Source: Rubrivivax sp. (GTDB taxonomy: Bacteria; Pseudomonadota; Gammaproteobacteria; Burkholderiales; Burkholderiaceae_C). Taken from it: a stretch of DNA of 64,000 nt. Where the stretch lies: positions 9,740 through 73,739 of the forward strand of contig JAIXZR010000215.1 in assembly GCA_027489455.1 (NCBI GenBank), in the 5' to 3' direction. The notes beneath the pieces were generated by a model. That model was not told the origin of the DNA, did not search any database, and was given only the letters and a program-made list of their open reading frames with translations. The translations under genes were made by a program, and so were the position numbers. Below are positions 47,808 to 59,762 of the stretch, one piece after another; the first letter of the stretch is position 1, and every line of letters begins with the position of its first letter.

Positions 47808-48722
47808 ATGAAGCTGGTCCTGGCGCTGGGCGGCAATGCGCTGCTGCGTCGTACGCAGTTGCCCAGTGCCGGCAACCAGCTGGACAACGTTCGCATCGCC
47901 TGTGCGCAGGTGGCCCGCGTGGCAGCGGCCCACGACATGGTGCTCACGCATGGCAACGGCCCCCAGGTGGGCCTGCTGGCGTTGCAATCGGCTGCCTACA
48001 CCGCCGTGGACAGCTACACGCTGGACGTGCTGGATGCCGAATCGGAAGGCATGCTGGGCTATCTGCTGGAGCAGGAACTGGCGAACCTGCTGCCTGCATC
48101 GCGTGCCGTGGCCTCGCTGCTCACCCGGGTCGAAGTCGATCCGCAGGACCCTGCATTCCTGAAGCCCACCAAGCCGATCGGACCGGTCTACACGCGGCCC
48201 GAAGCCGACGATCTGGCACGGCGCCGCCAGTGGGCGATGGCGCCCGACGGCGCCGGCTGGCGGCGGGTGGTGGCTTCGCCCAGGCCCGTGCGGGTGCCTG
48301 CCCTGGGCGTGATCCGCAGCTTGCTGGGCCAGGGGGTGCTGGTCATCGCAGCCGGCGGCGGCGGCATCCCTGTCGTGCCCCGGCCAGGTGGCGGCATGCA
48401 AGGCGCGGAAGCCGTCATCGACAAGGACCTGTGCAGTGCCCACATCGCCACCGCCCTGCAGGTGGACTGCCTGGTCATCGCCACCGACGTGGAGGCGGTC
48501 TACCTCGATTGGGGGCTGCCGACGCAGCGGGCCATCGGCCGCACCACGCCAGAAGTGCTGGCAGCCCATCTCTTTGCGGCCGGCTCCATGGCACCCAAGG
48601 TCGAGGCGGCCTGCCAGTTCGTCCGTGCCAGCGGCCGGCGCGCCGCCATCGGTGCCCTGGGCGACATCGAGGCCTTGCTGGCCGGTGACGCTGGCACGCA
48701 GATCACACCGCTGGCGGCTTGA
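47808..48722 (+). CDS. arcC: Carbamate kinase
   Basis: LALGGNAL, HGNGPQVG, GGGGIPV, VIDKD, GSMAPK. Confidence 0.95.
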   Translation: MKLVLALGGNALLRRTQLPSAGNQLDNVRIACAQVARVAAAHDMVLTHGNGPQVGLLALQSAAYTAVDSYTLDVLDAESEGMLGYLLEQELANLLPASRAVASLLTRVEVDPQDPAFLKPTKPIGPVYTRPEADDLARRRQWAMAPDGAGWRRVVASPRPVRVPALGVIRSLLGQGVLVIAAGGGGIPVVPRPGGGMQGAEAVIDKDLCSAHIATALQVDCLVIATDVEAVYLDWGLPTQRAIGRTTPEVLAAHLFAAGSMAPKVEAACQFVRASGRRAAIGALGDIEALLAGDAGTQITPLAA

Positions 48723-48734
48723 GATCGCAGCGCC

Positions 48735-49487
48735 TCAACGTGCCAGATACCCGCCATCCACGGGGTAGTAGGCACCGGTGACGAAGGATGCCTTGTCCGA
48801 CGACAGCCAGGCCACGAGTTCCGCCACTTCCTCGGGGCGCCCCAGCCGGCCCAGCGGGTGCGCAGCCACCAGTGCGGCCATGCGCGCGGCATCGGCTTCC
48901 AGCTTGCTGACCATGGGCGTGTGGATGAAGCCCGGCCCGACCGCGTTGATGCGGATGCCCTTGCCGCTGTACTCGAGCGCGGCCACCTGCGTCAGCCCCA
49001 CCACCCCGTGCTTGGCCGCGGTGTAGGCCGAGTTGGTGGCGAAGCCCACGGCGCCCAGCACCGATGCCATGTTGACGATGGCGCCACCCCCGGTCTTCAA
49101 CATGGCCGCAATCTGCTGCTGCATGCCGTAGAACACGCCGGACAGGTTGATGTTGATGACCTGCGACCAACCGTCCAGCGGGTAGTCGGCAATCGGCGCA
49201 CTGGGTCCGCCAATGCCGGCGTTGTTGCACGCCACGTCAAGGCGTCCGTAATGGGCCACGGTCTGCGCCACCAGCGACTGCGCATCGTTGGGCTGGCCCA
49301 CGTCGGCGGCCACGAAGATGGCATCGCCGCCATTCGCGCGCACCAGGGCGACGGTCTCTTCGCCGCCGCTGCGGTTCATGTCCGACACCACCACCCGGGC
49401 GCCCTCGCGGGCCCAGACCAGCGCCACCGCACGCCCGATGCCCGACGAGGCCCCGGTGACCAAGGCAATTCGGTTCTTCAACATCAT
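48735..49487 (-). CDS. SDR family oxidoreductase
   Basis: TGASSGIG, NNAG, YTAAK. Confidence 0.93.
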   Translation of the reverse strand: MMLKNRIALVTGASSGIGRAVALVWAREGARVVVSDMNRSGGEETVALVRANGGDAIFVAADVGQPNDAQSLVAQTVAHYGRLDVACNNAGIGGPSAPIADYPLDGWSQVININLSGVFYGMQQQIAAMLKTGGGAIVNMASVLGAVGFATNSAYTAAKHGVVGLTQVAALEYSGKGIRINAVGPGFIHTPMVSKLEADAARMAALVAAHPLGRLGRPEEVAELVAWLSSDKASFVTGAYYPVDGGYLAR

Positions 49488-49584
49488 GCATCCTTCCGTG
49501 GTGGCAGCGCCTGGAAGCCAGACCTCAGGGTTCTGGCGCGATCCAGCGCAGCCGTGTCAATGAGCCAAGGTCGATGCGCCAGGC

Positions 49585-50247
49585 TCAATGGGCGAACGTG
49601 ATCATGTCGACCACGTTGCGCACGCCCGGTGTTCCCCAGGCCGAGTTGGTCGCGATACGGCGCTCGTCCCAGCTCTGCACGGTGCCCGACAGCGTGATGT
49701 CGCTGCCATGCACCGCGACCGAGATCGTCTTCGCATCCGCGATCGACGTGCGCTTCAGCGCCGCCTCGATGTCCGACTTGACGACCGCGGCGGTGACCAG
49801 GGGCAACGACGGCTTGATGCTGATCTGGTCGCTGACGCCCGTCACGCCCATCAGCGTGCGCACGCTGTCGGCCGCGGCCTGCCGCTGGTATTGCCAGTCG
49901 ACATCACCCGACAGCGTGACCCAGCCGCCCTCGACCATCACCTGGATGGCGCCGGCGGGCAGCGACGAAGTCCACTCCAGCACGTTCTCCACCGTTGTGG
50001 CGATGTCGGCGTCCGTGCGCTTGCTCAGGCCCGTGAGATGCACCTTCAGCTCGGTGGTCATGGCCCTGACGCCGGCCACACGCTGCGCGGCGCGCTCGGC
50101 GTTCCACTTCTCCGAGTAGCTGTCGACCTGGCCGGCCAGCGTCACGACGCCGTCCTTGGCTTCGACGCCGATGCGGGCGGCATGCACCGCGGGTTCCCAC
50201 TTGAGTTCTGCCATCACGTCTTGCTGCAGTTGCGAATCGGTCTTCAT
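49585..50247 (-). CDS. Triple BON-domain (OsmY-like) protein
   Basis: MKTDSQLQQDVMAELKWEP; three GxVTLxG repeats. Confidence 0.9.
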   Translation of the reverse strand: MKTDSQLQQDVMAELKWEPAVHAARIGVEAKDGVVTLAGQVDSYSEKWNAERAAQRVAGVRAMTTELKVHLTGLSKRTDADIATTVENVLEWTSSLPAGAIQVMVEGGWVTLSGDVDWQYQRQAAADSVRTLMGVTGVSDQISIKPSLPLVTAAVVKSDIEAALKRTSIADAKTISVAVHGSDITLSGTVQSWDERRIATNSAWGTPGVRNVVDMITFAH

Positions 50248-50278
50248 GGTGTGGGGTTCGGTGGGTTGACGAGCAACG

Positions 50279-50394
50279 AGCCTGCGCTGGCGCGGCGGTG
50301 CGGTCTGTACGTCACCGAACCTGCGGTGAGCAGCGACTTCGGGGCATGGCGTGTTCGCTGCCGCACAGTCGGGGCGTCTCATCCTGCGTAGGCT
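50279..50394. promoter_or_regulatory. Divergent promoters with GTnCG-N4-CGnAC boxes (50307-50320, 50353-50366)
   Basis: GTACGtcacCGAAC and GTTCGctgcCGCAC, each 22 nt from CAGGCT (minus) or TAGGCT (plus). Confidence 0.7.
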
Positions 50395-50456
50395 GCCCGC
50401 TGGGGTGCCGCAGATCCGGTCAGCGGCCCATGAGCCGGTGCCGAGGTGCAGACGAT

Positions 50457-50486
50457 GGCGAAGGCGAAGGCGACGGCGACGGCGAT
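50457..50486 (+). repeat. Hexamer repeat (GGCGAN)x5 abutting the probable mgtA start
   Basis: GGCGAA GGCGAA GGCGAC GGCGAC GGCGAT. Confidence 0.8.
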
Positions 50487-53253
50487 GAAGACGGCTCTCC
50501 AGCAGGGGTTCAGTACCTTCCTGCGACGGCGCCGTGCCAAGCAGCACTTTGAGCGCCGACCGCTGCTGGACTCATTGACGGCCGCGCCCGCAGCCCCTGC
50601 AGCGCTCGGTCAGGACCTGCTGGCAGCCGCGCGCGAGGAGCCCGCCCAGGCGCTGGCGCGCCTGCAGTCGCACAGCGACGGCCTGGACGCTGCCGAGGCG
50701 GCCCGGCGCCTGGCACGGGACGGCCCGAACGAGATCGCGCACGAAGCGCCGCTGCCGGGGTGGCTGCGCTTGTGGCGCTGCTATGTCAACCCGTTCAATC
50801 TGCTGCTGACGGCGCTGGCGCTGCTGTCGTTCCTCAGCGCAGACCGCAAGGCCACGGTGGTGATTGGTGCGATGGTCGCGCTGAGCACGGTCATCCGCTT
50901 CGTCCAGGAAGGCCGGTCGCACCGCGCCGCGGAAGGGCTGCGGGCCCTGGTCACCAACACGGCCAGCGTGATCCGCCGCGACGGTGCCAAGCCCGCGGCG
51001 GCGCTGCCGCCGGAGCTGGCGGTGCACGATCTGGTGGCTGGCGACATCGTGGCCCTGTCGGCCGGCGACATGATCCCGGCCGACTGCCGTGTGCTGAGCG
51101 CCCGGGACCTGTTCGTGGCCCAGGCGGCGATGACCGGGGAGTCCCTGCCGGTGGAAAAGTTCGTGCACGGCTCGTCGGCGCCGGGTAGTGCTGCGCTGGA
51201 CCAGCCCAACCTGCTGTTCATGGGCACCAATGTCGTGTCCGGCACGGCCACGGCCTTGGTCCTGGCCACCGGGCCGCGCAGCTGGTTCGGCATCCTGGCC
51301 GCACATGCGTCCGACGCCAACCCGGCTGCCGAGACGGCGCCCAACGCCTTCCAGGCCGGTGTCAACAGCGTCAGCTGGCTGCTCATCCGCTTCGCGGCGG
51401 TGATGGTGCCCATCGTCTTCCTCGTCAACGGTTTCACCAAAGGCGACTGGCTGGAAGCCTTCCTGTTCGCGCTATCCGTGGCCGTGGGGCTGACGCCCGA
51501 GATGCTGCCGATGATCGTCACCAGCACGCTGGCCAAGGGCGCCGTCCTGCTGTCCCGCAAGAAGGTGGTGGTCAAGCGGCTCGACGCGATCCAGAACCTG
51601 GGCGCGATGGACATCCTGTGCACCGACAAGACCGGCACGCTGACGCAGGACAAGGTGGCGCTCGCGCGCCATGCCGATGCCTACGGGCAGGACACCGACG
51701 AGGTGCTGAACTTCGCCTACCTCAACAGCCACTACCAGACCGGGCTGAAGAACCTGCTGGACCGCGCGGTGCTGGCCCATGTGGAACTGGCCGCCGAATT
51801 GAAACTGAAGGACGCCTACCGCAAGGTGGACGAGATCCCGTTCGACTTCGAGCGGCGGCGCATGTCGGTGGTGGTGGCCGCGCTGGTGGCGGGCCAGGAC
51901 CACCACCATGAACTGATCTGCAAAGGCGCGGTGGAAGAAGTGCTGGCCGCCTGCACGCAGGTGCGCACGCAGGAGGCCACCGATGCCAGCCTGGATGGCG
52001 AAAGAACCATGCCCACGCTGCCGCTGGACGCCGCGCTGCGGGCCCGCACGCAGGCGGTGACCGCGGGGCTGAACGCCGAAGGCCTGCGCGTGGTGGCCGT
52101 GGCGGTGAAGACCTTGCCACCCGACCAGACCACTTATTCGGCGGCCGACGAGACCGGCCTGACCCTGATCGGCTACATCGCCTTTCTGGACCCGCCCAAG
52201 GAATCGGCCGCGCCAGCCCTGAAGCAGCTGGCCGCACATGGCATTGCGGTCAAGGTCCTGACGGGCGACAACGAACTCGTGACGCGCCAGGTCTGCCGCC
52301 AGGTGGGCCTGCCGGCCGATGAAGTGCTGCTGGGCGCCCAGGTTGAGGGCTTGAGCGACGCGGCGCTGCAGGCCGCGGCTGAATCGCACAGCGTATTCGC
52401 CAAGCTGACGCCGCTGCACAAGGAACGCATCGTGCGCGCGCTGCGCGCCAGCGGCCACGTCGTGGGCTTCATGTGCGACGGCATCAACGACGCCCCGGCT
52501 CTGCGCGCAGCCGACATCGACATCTCGGTGGACAGCGCGGTGGACATCGCCAAGGAAGCCGCCGACATCATCCTGCTGGAGAAGAGCCTGCTGGTGCTGG
52601 ACGAGGGCGTGGTCGAGGGCCGCACCACCTTCTGCAACATGCTGAAGTACATCCGCATGACGGCCAGCAGCAACTTCGGCAACGTGCTGAGCGTGCTGGT
52701 GGCCAGTGCCTTTCTGCCCTTCCTGCCGATGCTGCCGCTGCAACTGTTGGTGCAGAACCTGCTGTACGACATCGGCCAGACGGGCATCCCTTTCGACAAC
52801 GTCGACCCCGAGCTGGTGACGAAGCCGCTGAGGTGGAACCCGTCCGACATCGGCCGCTTCATGCTGTTCTTCGGGCCGATCAGCTCGCTGTTCGACATCA
52901 TCACCTTCGCCGTGCTGTGGTGGGTGTTCGACGCCAACAGCATCGCGCGCCAGACGCTCTTCCAGTCGGGCTGGTTCGTGGTCGGCCTGCTCACCCAGAC
53001 CCTGGTGGTGCACATGGTGCGCACGCCCAAGCTGCCTTTCGTGCAGAGCCACGCGGCGGCGCCGCTGCTGGCGATGACGCTGGCGATCATGGCCATCGGG
53101 CTGTGGTTGCCGAACGGACCGCTGGCCGGCTACTTCAGCCTGCAGGCCCTGCCGCCGGCCTACTACGGCTGGCTCTTGGCCATCCTGCTGGGCTACTGCC
53201 TGCTCACCACCCTGATGAAGCGCGTCTATATCGCGCGCTTCGGTTGGCAGTGA
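50485..53253 (+). CDS. mgtA: Magnesium-translocating P-type ATPase (possibly impaired)
   Basis: TGES, LTPEMLP, DKTGTLT, KNLLDRA, IPFDFERRRMS, QTLFQSGWF; hinge motif reads CDGIND...DIDIS; start uncertain (50446-50485). Confidence 0.9.
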   Translation: MKTALQQGFSTFLRRRRAKQHFERRPLLDSLTAAPAAPAALGQDLLAAAREEPAQALARLQSHSDGLDAAEAARRLARDGPNEIAHEAPLPGWLRLWRCYVNPFNLLLTALALLSFLSADRKATVVIGAMVALSTVIRFVQEGRSHRAAEGLRALVTNTASVIRRDGAKPAAALPPELAVHDLVAGDIVALSAGDMIPADCRVLSARDLFVAQAAMTGESLPVEKFVHGSSAPGSAALDQPNLLFMGTNVVSGTATALVLATGPRSWFGILAAHASDANPAAETAPNAFQAGVNSVSWLLIRFAAVMVPIVFLVNGFTKGDWLEAFLFALSVAVGLTPEMLPMIVTSTLAKGAVLLSRKKVVVKRLDAIQNLGAMDILCTDKTGTLTQDKVALARHADAYGQDTDEVLNFAYLNSHYQTGLKNLLDRAVLAHVELAAELKLKDAYRKVDEIPFDFERRRMSVVVAALVAGQDHHHELICKGAVEEVLAACTQVRTQEATDASLDGERTMPTLPLDAALRARTQAVTAGLNAEGLRVVAVAVKTLPPDQTTYSAADETGLTLIGYIAFLDPPKESAAPALKQLAAHGIAVKVLTGDNELVTRQVCRQVGLPADEVLLGAQVEGLSDAALQAAAESHSVFAKLTPLHKERIVRALRASGHVVGFMCDGINDAPALRAADIDISVDSAVDIAKEAADIILLEKSLLVLDEGVVEGRTTFCNMLKYIRMTASSNFGNVLSVLVASAFLPFLPMLPLQLLVQNLLYDIGQTGIPFDNVDPELVTKPLRWNPSDIGRFMLFFGPISSLFDIITFAVLWWVFDANSIARQTLFQSGWFVVGLLTQTLVVHMVRTPKLPFVQSHAAAPLLAMTLAIMAIGLWLPNGPLAGYFSLQALPPAYYGWLLAILLGYCLLTTLMKRVYIARFGWQ

Positions 53254-53287
53254 GGGCCGCGGCAGGCCTACCGTCTGAAGGCAACCC

Positions 53288-54292
53288 ATGGAATTCAAGG
53301 ACTACTACGCCACGCTGGGTATCGAGCGCACCGCGACGCAGGACCAGGTCAAGCGCGCCTACCGCAAGCTGGCGCGCAAGTACCACCCCGACGTCAGCAA
53401 GGAGCCGGACGCGGAGGCGCGCTTCAAGGCGGTGGCAGAGGCGCACGAGGCCCTGATCGACACCGAGCGCCGCGCAGCCTACGACACCATCGCGCAGCGC
53501 CACGCCAGCGGGCAGCCCTTCGAGCCGCCACCGGGTTGGGACAGTGGCTTCGAGTTCAGCGGGCGCGGCCCAGCCGACGGGGATGGCGGTCGGCCGGGCC
53601 GCAGGGCCCGCGGACAAGCCGGGCCTTTCGGCGCTGACGCGGACTTCAGCGATTTCTTCGAGTCGCTCTTCGGCCGGGGCGGGCAGGAAGACCTGCACCG
53701 GCGCAGCTCGGGTGGCGGGCCGGTGCAGGGGCGTGATCACCATGCCAAGGTGGCCATCGGTCTGCTCGATGCCTGCCAGGGCGCCCAGCGGATGATCTCG
53801 CTGCAGATGCCCGTGGTGGACGCCGCGGGGCGAACCACGCTGCAGGAAAGGCAACTCGAAGTCCACATCCCCCCCGGTGTCCGCGAAGGCCAGCACCTGC
53901 GGCTGACGGGCCAGGGCGCCCCGGGGCAGGGCGGTGCACCGGCTGGCGATCTGTACCTGGAAGTCCAGTTCCTGCCGCACCCGGTGTTCCGGGTGATGGG
54001 TGCTGACCTCAGCTTCGATCTGCCTGTCGCCCCCTGGGAAGCCGCGCTCGGCGCCACGGTCACGGCGCCCACACCCGATGGCAGCGTAGCCCTGAACGTT
54101 CCGGCCGGGTCGCCCCAAGGGCGCAGGCTGCGCCTGAAGGGCAAGGGCCTGCCCGGCAAAGTGCCCGGCGACCTCTATGCGGTGCTGACCATCGCGCTGC
54201 CGAAAGCGGCGTCTGCATCCGATCAGGAGGCCTACGGCGCCTTCGCCCGGGCCTTTGCCGCCTACAACCCCCGCGCTGCACTGGAGGCCTGA
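53288..54292 (+). CDS. cbpA: CbpA-like DnaJ protein
   Basis: J-domain HPD, DFSDFFESLFG, DnaJ C-terminal domain, no Zn finger; followed by cbpM. Confidence 0.9.
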   Translation: MEFKDYYATLGIERTATQDQVKRAYRKLARKYHPDVSKEPDAEARFKAVAEAHEALIDTERRAAYDTIAQRHASGQPFEPPPGWDSGFEFSGRGPADGDGGRPGRRARGQAGPFGADADFSDFFESLFGRGGQEDLHRRSSGGGPVQGRDHHAKVAIGLLDACQGAQRMISLQMPVVDAAGRTTLQERQLEVHIPPGVREGQHLRLTGQGAPGQGGAPAGDLYLEVQFLPHPVFRVMGADLSFDLPVAPWEAALGATVTAPTPDGSVALNVPAGSPQGRRLRLKGKGLPGKVPGDLYAVLTIALPKAASASDQEAYGAFARAFAAYNPRAALEA

Positions 54293-54297
54293 AGACC

Positions 54298-54467
54298 ATG
54301 GCTCATTGGACCCCCTGGACCGCGGAAACGTTGGTCGTTGAAGAACATGTGTCTTTCGGTCTGTCGGCGCTGCGCCTGGCCCGGGATCTCGAGCTGGACC
54401 TGGCCGCCGTCGCCCTGGTGATGGACCTGTTGGCCGAGATCGATCGCCTGCGGTCGCGGCCTCCGTC

Positions 54468-54474
<7 letters not shown>
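54298..54474 (+). pseudogene. cbpM: Internally deleted chaperone modulator CbpM (58 aa)
   Basis: Hand translation MAHWTPWTAETLVVEEHVSFGLSAL|RLARDLELDLAAVALVMDLLAEIDRLRSR; the MerR-like HTH core is missing. Confidence 0.75.
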
Positions 54475-57386
<2,912 letters not shown>

Positions 57387-57402
57387 ACCTGCAGTCCCGT
57401 GC

Positions 57403-57450
57403 CGAAGCCGGCTTCGCCGCCGAGGGCAGCGTCCGCAAGCGGCCTGCCCT
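57403..57450. terminator. Hairpins between convergent genes
   Basis: CGAAGCCGGCTTCG palindrome and AGGGCAG...CTGCCCT stem; no U-tract. Confidence 0.3.
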
Positions 57451-57453
57451 GCC

Positions 57454-58095
57454 CTACAGCGACTTGGTCGAGTAGTACCAGTCGGTCGTCTTGTAGCCTT
57501 CGGCGGCGCGCTTGTCGGCGGCGTCGGCGGTCTTGGGCGGCGGCACCAGCACGTCGTCGCCGGGCATCCAGCCTTCCGGCGTGGCCACGCTGTTCTTGTC
57601 GCTGGTCTGCATGGCCTCGAGCAGGCGCAGGAACTCCTTGATCGACCGGCCGTTGCTCATCGGGTAGTACACCATCGCCCGCAGCACGCTCTTGGGGTCG
57701 ATGAAGAAAGCGGCCCGCACGGCCTGCGTGTCGGACGCGCCGGGATGCACCATGCCGTAGGCGCGGGCCACGTCCATCTTGATGTCCTCGATGATCGGGA
57801 ACGGGACCTTGACGCCGAACTTCTCCTGGATGTTGCGCACCCAGGCCAGGTGCGATGACAGGCCGTCGATCGACAGGCCCAGCAACTCGCAGTTCATGCC
57901 CTTGAAGGTGTCGGCGGCCTTGGCGAAGCTGACGAATTCGCTGGTGCACACCGGTGTGAAGTCGGCCGGATGCGAGAACAGGATCAGCCATTTGTCCTTG
58001 TAGTCCGACAGGCTGCGATCCCCGTGCGTGGTGTGGGCCTTGAAGTCGGGTGCGGCTTCGTTCAGGCGCGGGAAGGCCGTGGCGGTTTCAGTCAT
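57454..58095 (-). CDS. Peroxiredoxin (Prx6 / 1-Cys type)
   Basis: FSHPADFTPVCTSEF; own AGGA RBS before the ATG at 58095. Confidence 0.92.
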   Translation of the reverse strand: MTETATAFPRLNEAAPDFKAHTTHGDRSLSDYKDKWLILFSHPADFTPVCTSEFVSFAKAADTFKGMNCELLGLSIDGLSSHLAWVRNIQEKFGVKVPFPIIEDIKMDVARAYGMVHPGASDTQAVRAAFFIDPKSVLRAMVYYPMSNGRSIKEFLRLLEAMQTSDKNSVATPEGWMPGDDVLVPPPKTADAADKRAAEGYKTTDWYYSTKSL

Positions 58096-58746
58096 GGTGG
58101 GTCCTGGGTGGGTGGGTGACATGGAGCGTGGTGTGAGCAACGCCGGTGCCTGGGCTCGGGCGTTCCAGAGCGCAATGACGCGCCTGCGCGGGTGGTCGGG
58201 TTCGAAGCCGAGGATGCCGACGGACGCCGGATCGATGGTGAAGTGCCGTCCCTGCGCCACCGGCAGGCCGATCCAGCGTGCCGCGAGCACGCGGCCGAAC
58301 TGGCCGTGGGAAAACAGGGCGACCGGGCCGCTCAGCCCGCACAGGCGGGCCAGGAGGCGGTCTGCGCGGGCACCGGCATCGGCGGGGGTCTCGCCACCCG
58401 GGCAGCCGTCTTGCCACACGTCCCAGCCGGGGTGGCGCTGGCGGATCTCTGCGGTGCGCAGGCCCTCGTAGTCGCCATAGTCCCATTCGGCCAGATCCGG
58501 GTCGATCTGGGCCGAGCGGTCGCCGCAGCGTCCCAGCCCAGCCAGTTCGCAAGTGGCGCGCGCTCGCAGCCGGGGGCTGGTCAGCACCTGCTCAAACGCC
58601 ATGCCCTGCAGTGCCGCCGCCAGGCCACGTGCCATGGCTTCGCCGTGCGGCGTGAGTGGCAGGTCGGTGCGGCCGGTGTGCTGGCCCGAGACCGACCAGG
58701 CGGTTTCGCCGTGGCGGATGAAGACCAGCTGCAGCGGTGCAGTCAT
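57454..58746 (-). CDS. Histidine phosphatase family protein reading in-frame into the peroxiredoxin (430-aa fusion ORF)
   Basis: RHGETAWS, EWDYGDYEG, SHG motifs; no stop codon between the phosphatase and Prx. Confidence 0.8.
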   Translation of the reverse strand: MTAPLQLVFIRHGETAWSVSGQHTGRTDLPLTPHGEAMARGLAAALQGMAFEQVLTSPRLRARATCELAGLGRCGDRSAQIDPDLAEWDYGDYEGLRTAEIRQRHPGWDVWQDGCPGGETPADAGARADRLLARLCGLSGPVALFSHGQFGRVLAARWIGLPVAQGRHFTIDPASVGILGFEPDHPRRRVIALWNARAQAPALLTPRSMSPTHPGPTMTETATAFPRLNEAAPDFKAHTTHGDRSLSDYKDKWLILFSHPADFTPVCTSEFVSFAKAADTFKGMNCELLGLSIDGLSSHLAWVRNIQEKFGVKVPFPIIEDIKMDVARAYGMVHPGASDTQAVRAAFFIDPKSVLRAMVYYPMSNGRSIKEFLRLLEAMQTSDKNSVATPEGWMPGDDVLVPPPKTADAADKRAAEGYKTTDWYYSTKSL

Positions 58747-59762
58747 GGCGCTTCCATGGCGGCGCTGTACCTGCCGAGCGTGGCGGCGGCGTTGCAGCGC
58801 GCGCGGTGCAGCAGCGCTTCCTGTGCCGCCGCCCGGTGGGCTGCCTGGCCCGCCCAGATGCCCAGCGCGGGCTGCTGCAGGGCACGCCCGAATGAAAACG
58901 ACAGCGGCCACGGCGTGCGCTTGAACGCCTGCAGGGCATTCAAGCGCGCACTCGCTGCGTCGCCCGGCTGCCCACCCGACAGGAAGGCGATGCCGGGCAC
59001 CGCGGCGGGCGCCACCCGGCGCAGGCATTGCACGGTGGCCTCGGCCACCTGCGTGGCGGTGTTCTGCGCAGGGCAGGCCAGGCCTGCGACCACCATGTTG
59101 GGCTTCAGGATCATCGCCTCCAGCACGACACCCTGCCGCACCAGCTGCCTGAAGACGCTGCGCAGCACGGCTTCGGTCACTTCCTGGCAGCGGGCCTGGG
59201 TATGCGGCCCGTCCATCAGCACCTCGGGTTCGATGATCGGCACCAGCCCGGATTCCTGGCACAAGGCCGCGTAGCGCGCCAGGGCGTGCGCGTTGGCGGC
59301 GATGCACGCAGCCGTGGGCAGGCGTGCGTCGTCGATGGCCAGCACGGCGCGCCATTTGGCAAAGCTGGCGCCCAGCCCGACGTAGGTCTCCAGGCGGGCG
59401 CGCAGGCCGTCCAGACCCTCGGTCACCTTCTCGCCGCGATGCATCGCCATGGCTTGGGCGCCTGTGTCGACCTTGATGCCCACCAGCAGGCCGGCATCCC
59501 GGGCCACCCTGACGAAGGCCGTGCCCCCGGCGGTGGCCTGCCGGATCGTCTCGTCCACCAGGATCACGCCGCTGATGCTGGCCCCCAGGCCGGGTGCGGT
59601 AAGCAGCAGCTCGCGCCAGGCGCGCCGGTTCTCCCGGGTCTCGGCGATGCCGACCTCGGCCAGCCGCCGATTGCAGGTGACGATGCTCTCGTCCATCGCC
59701 AGCAACCCCTTGCCCTGGGCCACCATGGCCCGGGCCGTGTCAGCCAGCGCGCTGGTGTTCAT
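58743..59762 (-). CDS. Class I fructose-bisphosphate aldolase
   Basis: [49 protein letters not shown]. Confidence 0.93.
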   Translation of the reverse strand: MNTSALADTARAMVAQGKGLLAMDESIVTCNRRLAEVGIAETRENRRAWRELLLTAPGLGASISGVILVDETIRQATAGGTAFVRVARDAGLLVGIKVDTGAQAMAMHRGEKVTEGLDGLRARLETYVGLGASFAKWRAVLAIDDARLPTAACIAANAHALARYAALCQESGLVPIIEPEVLMDGPHTQARCQEVTEAVLRSVFRQLVRQGVVLEAMILKPNMVVAGLACPAQNTATQVAEATVQCLRRVAPAAVPGIAFLSGGQPGDAASARLNALQAFKRTPWPLSFSFGRALQQPALGIWAGQAAHRAAAQEALLHRARCNAAATLGRYSAAMEAP

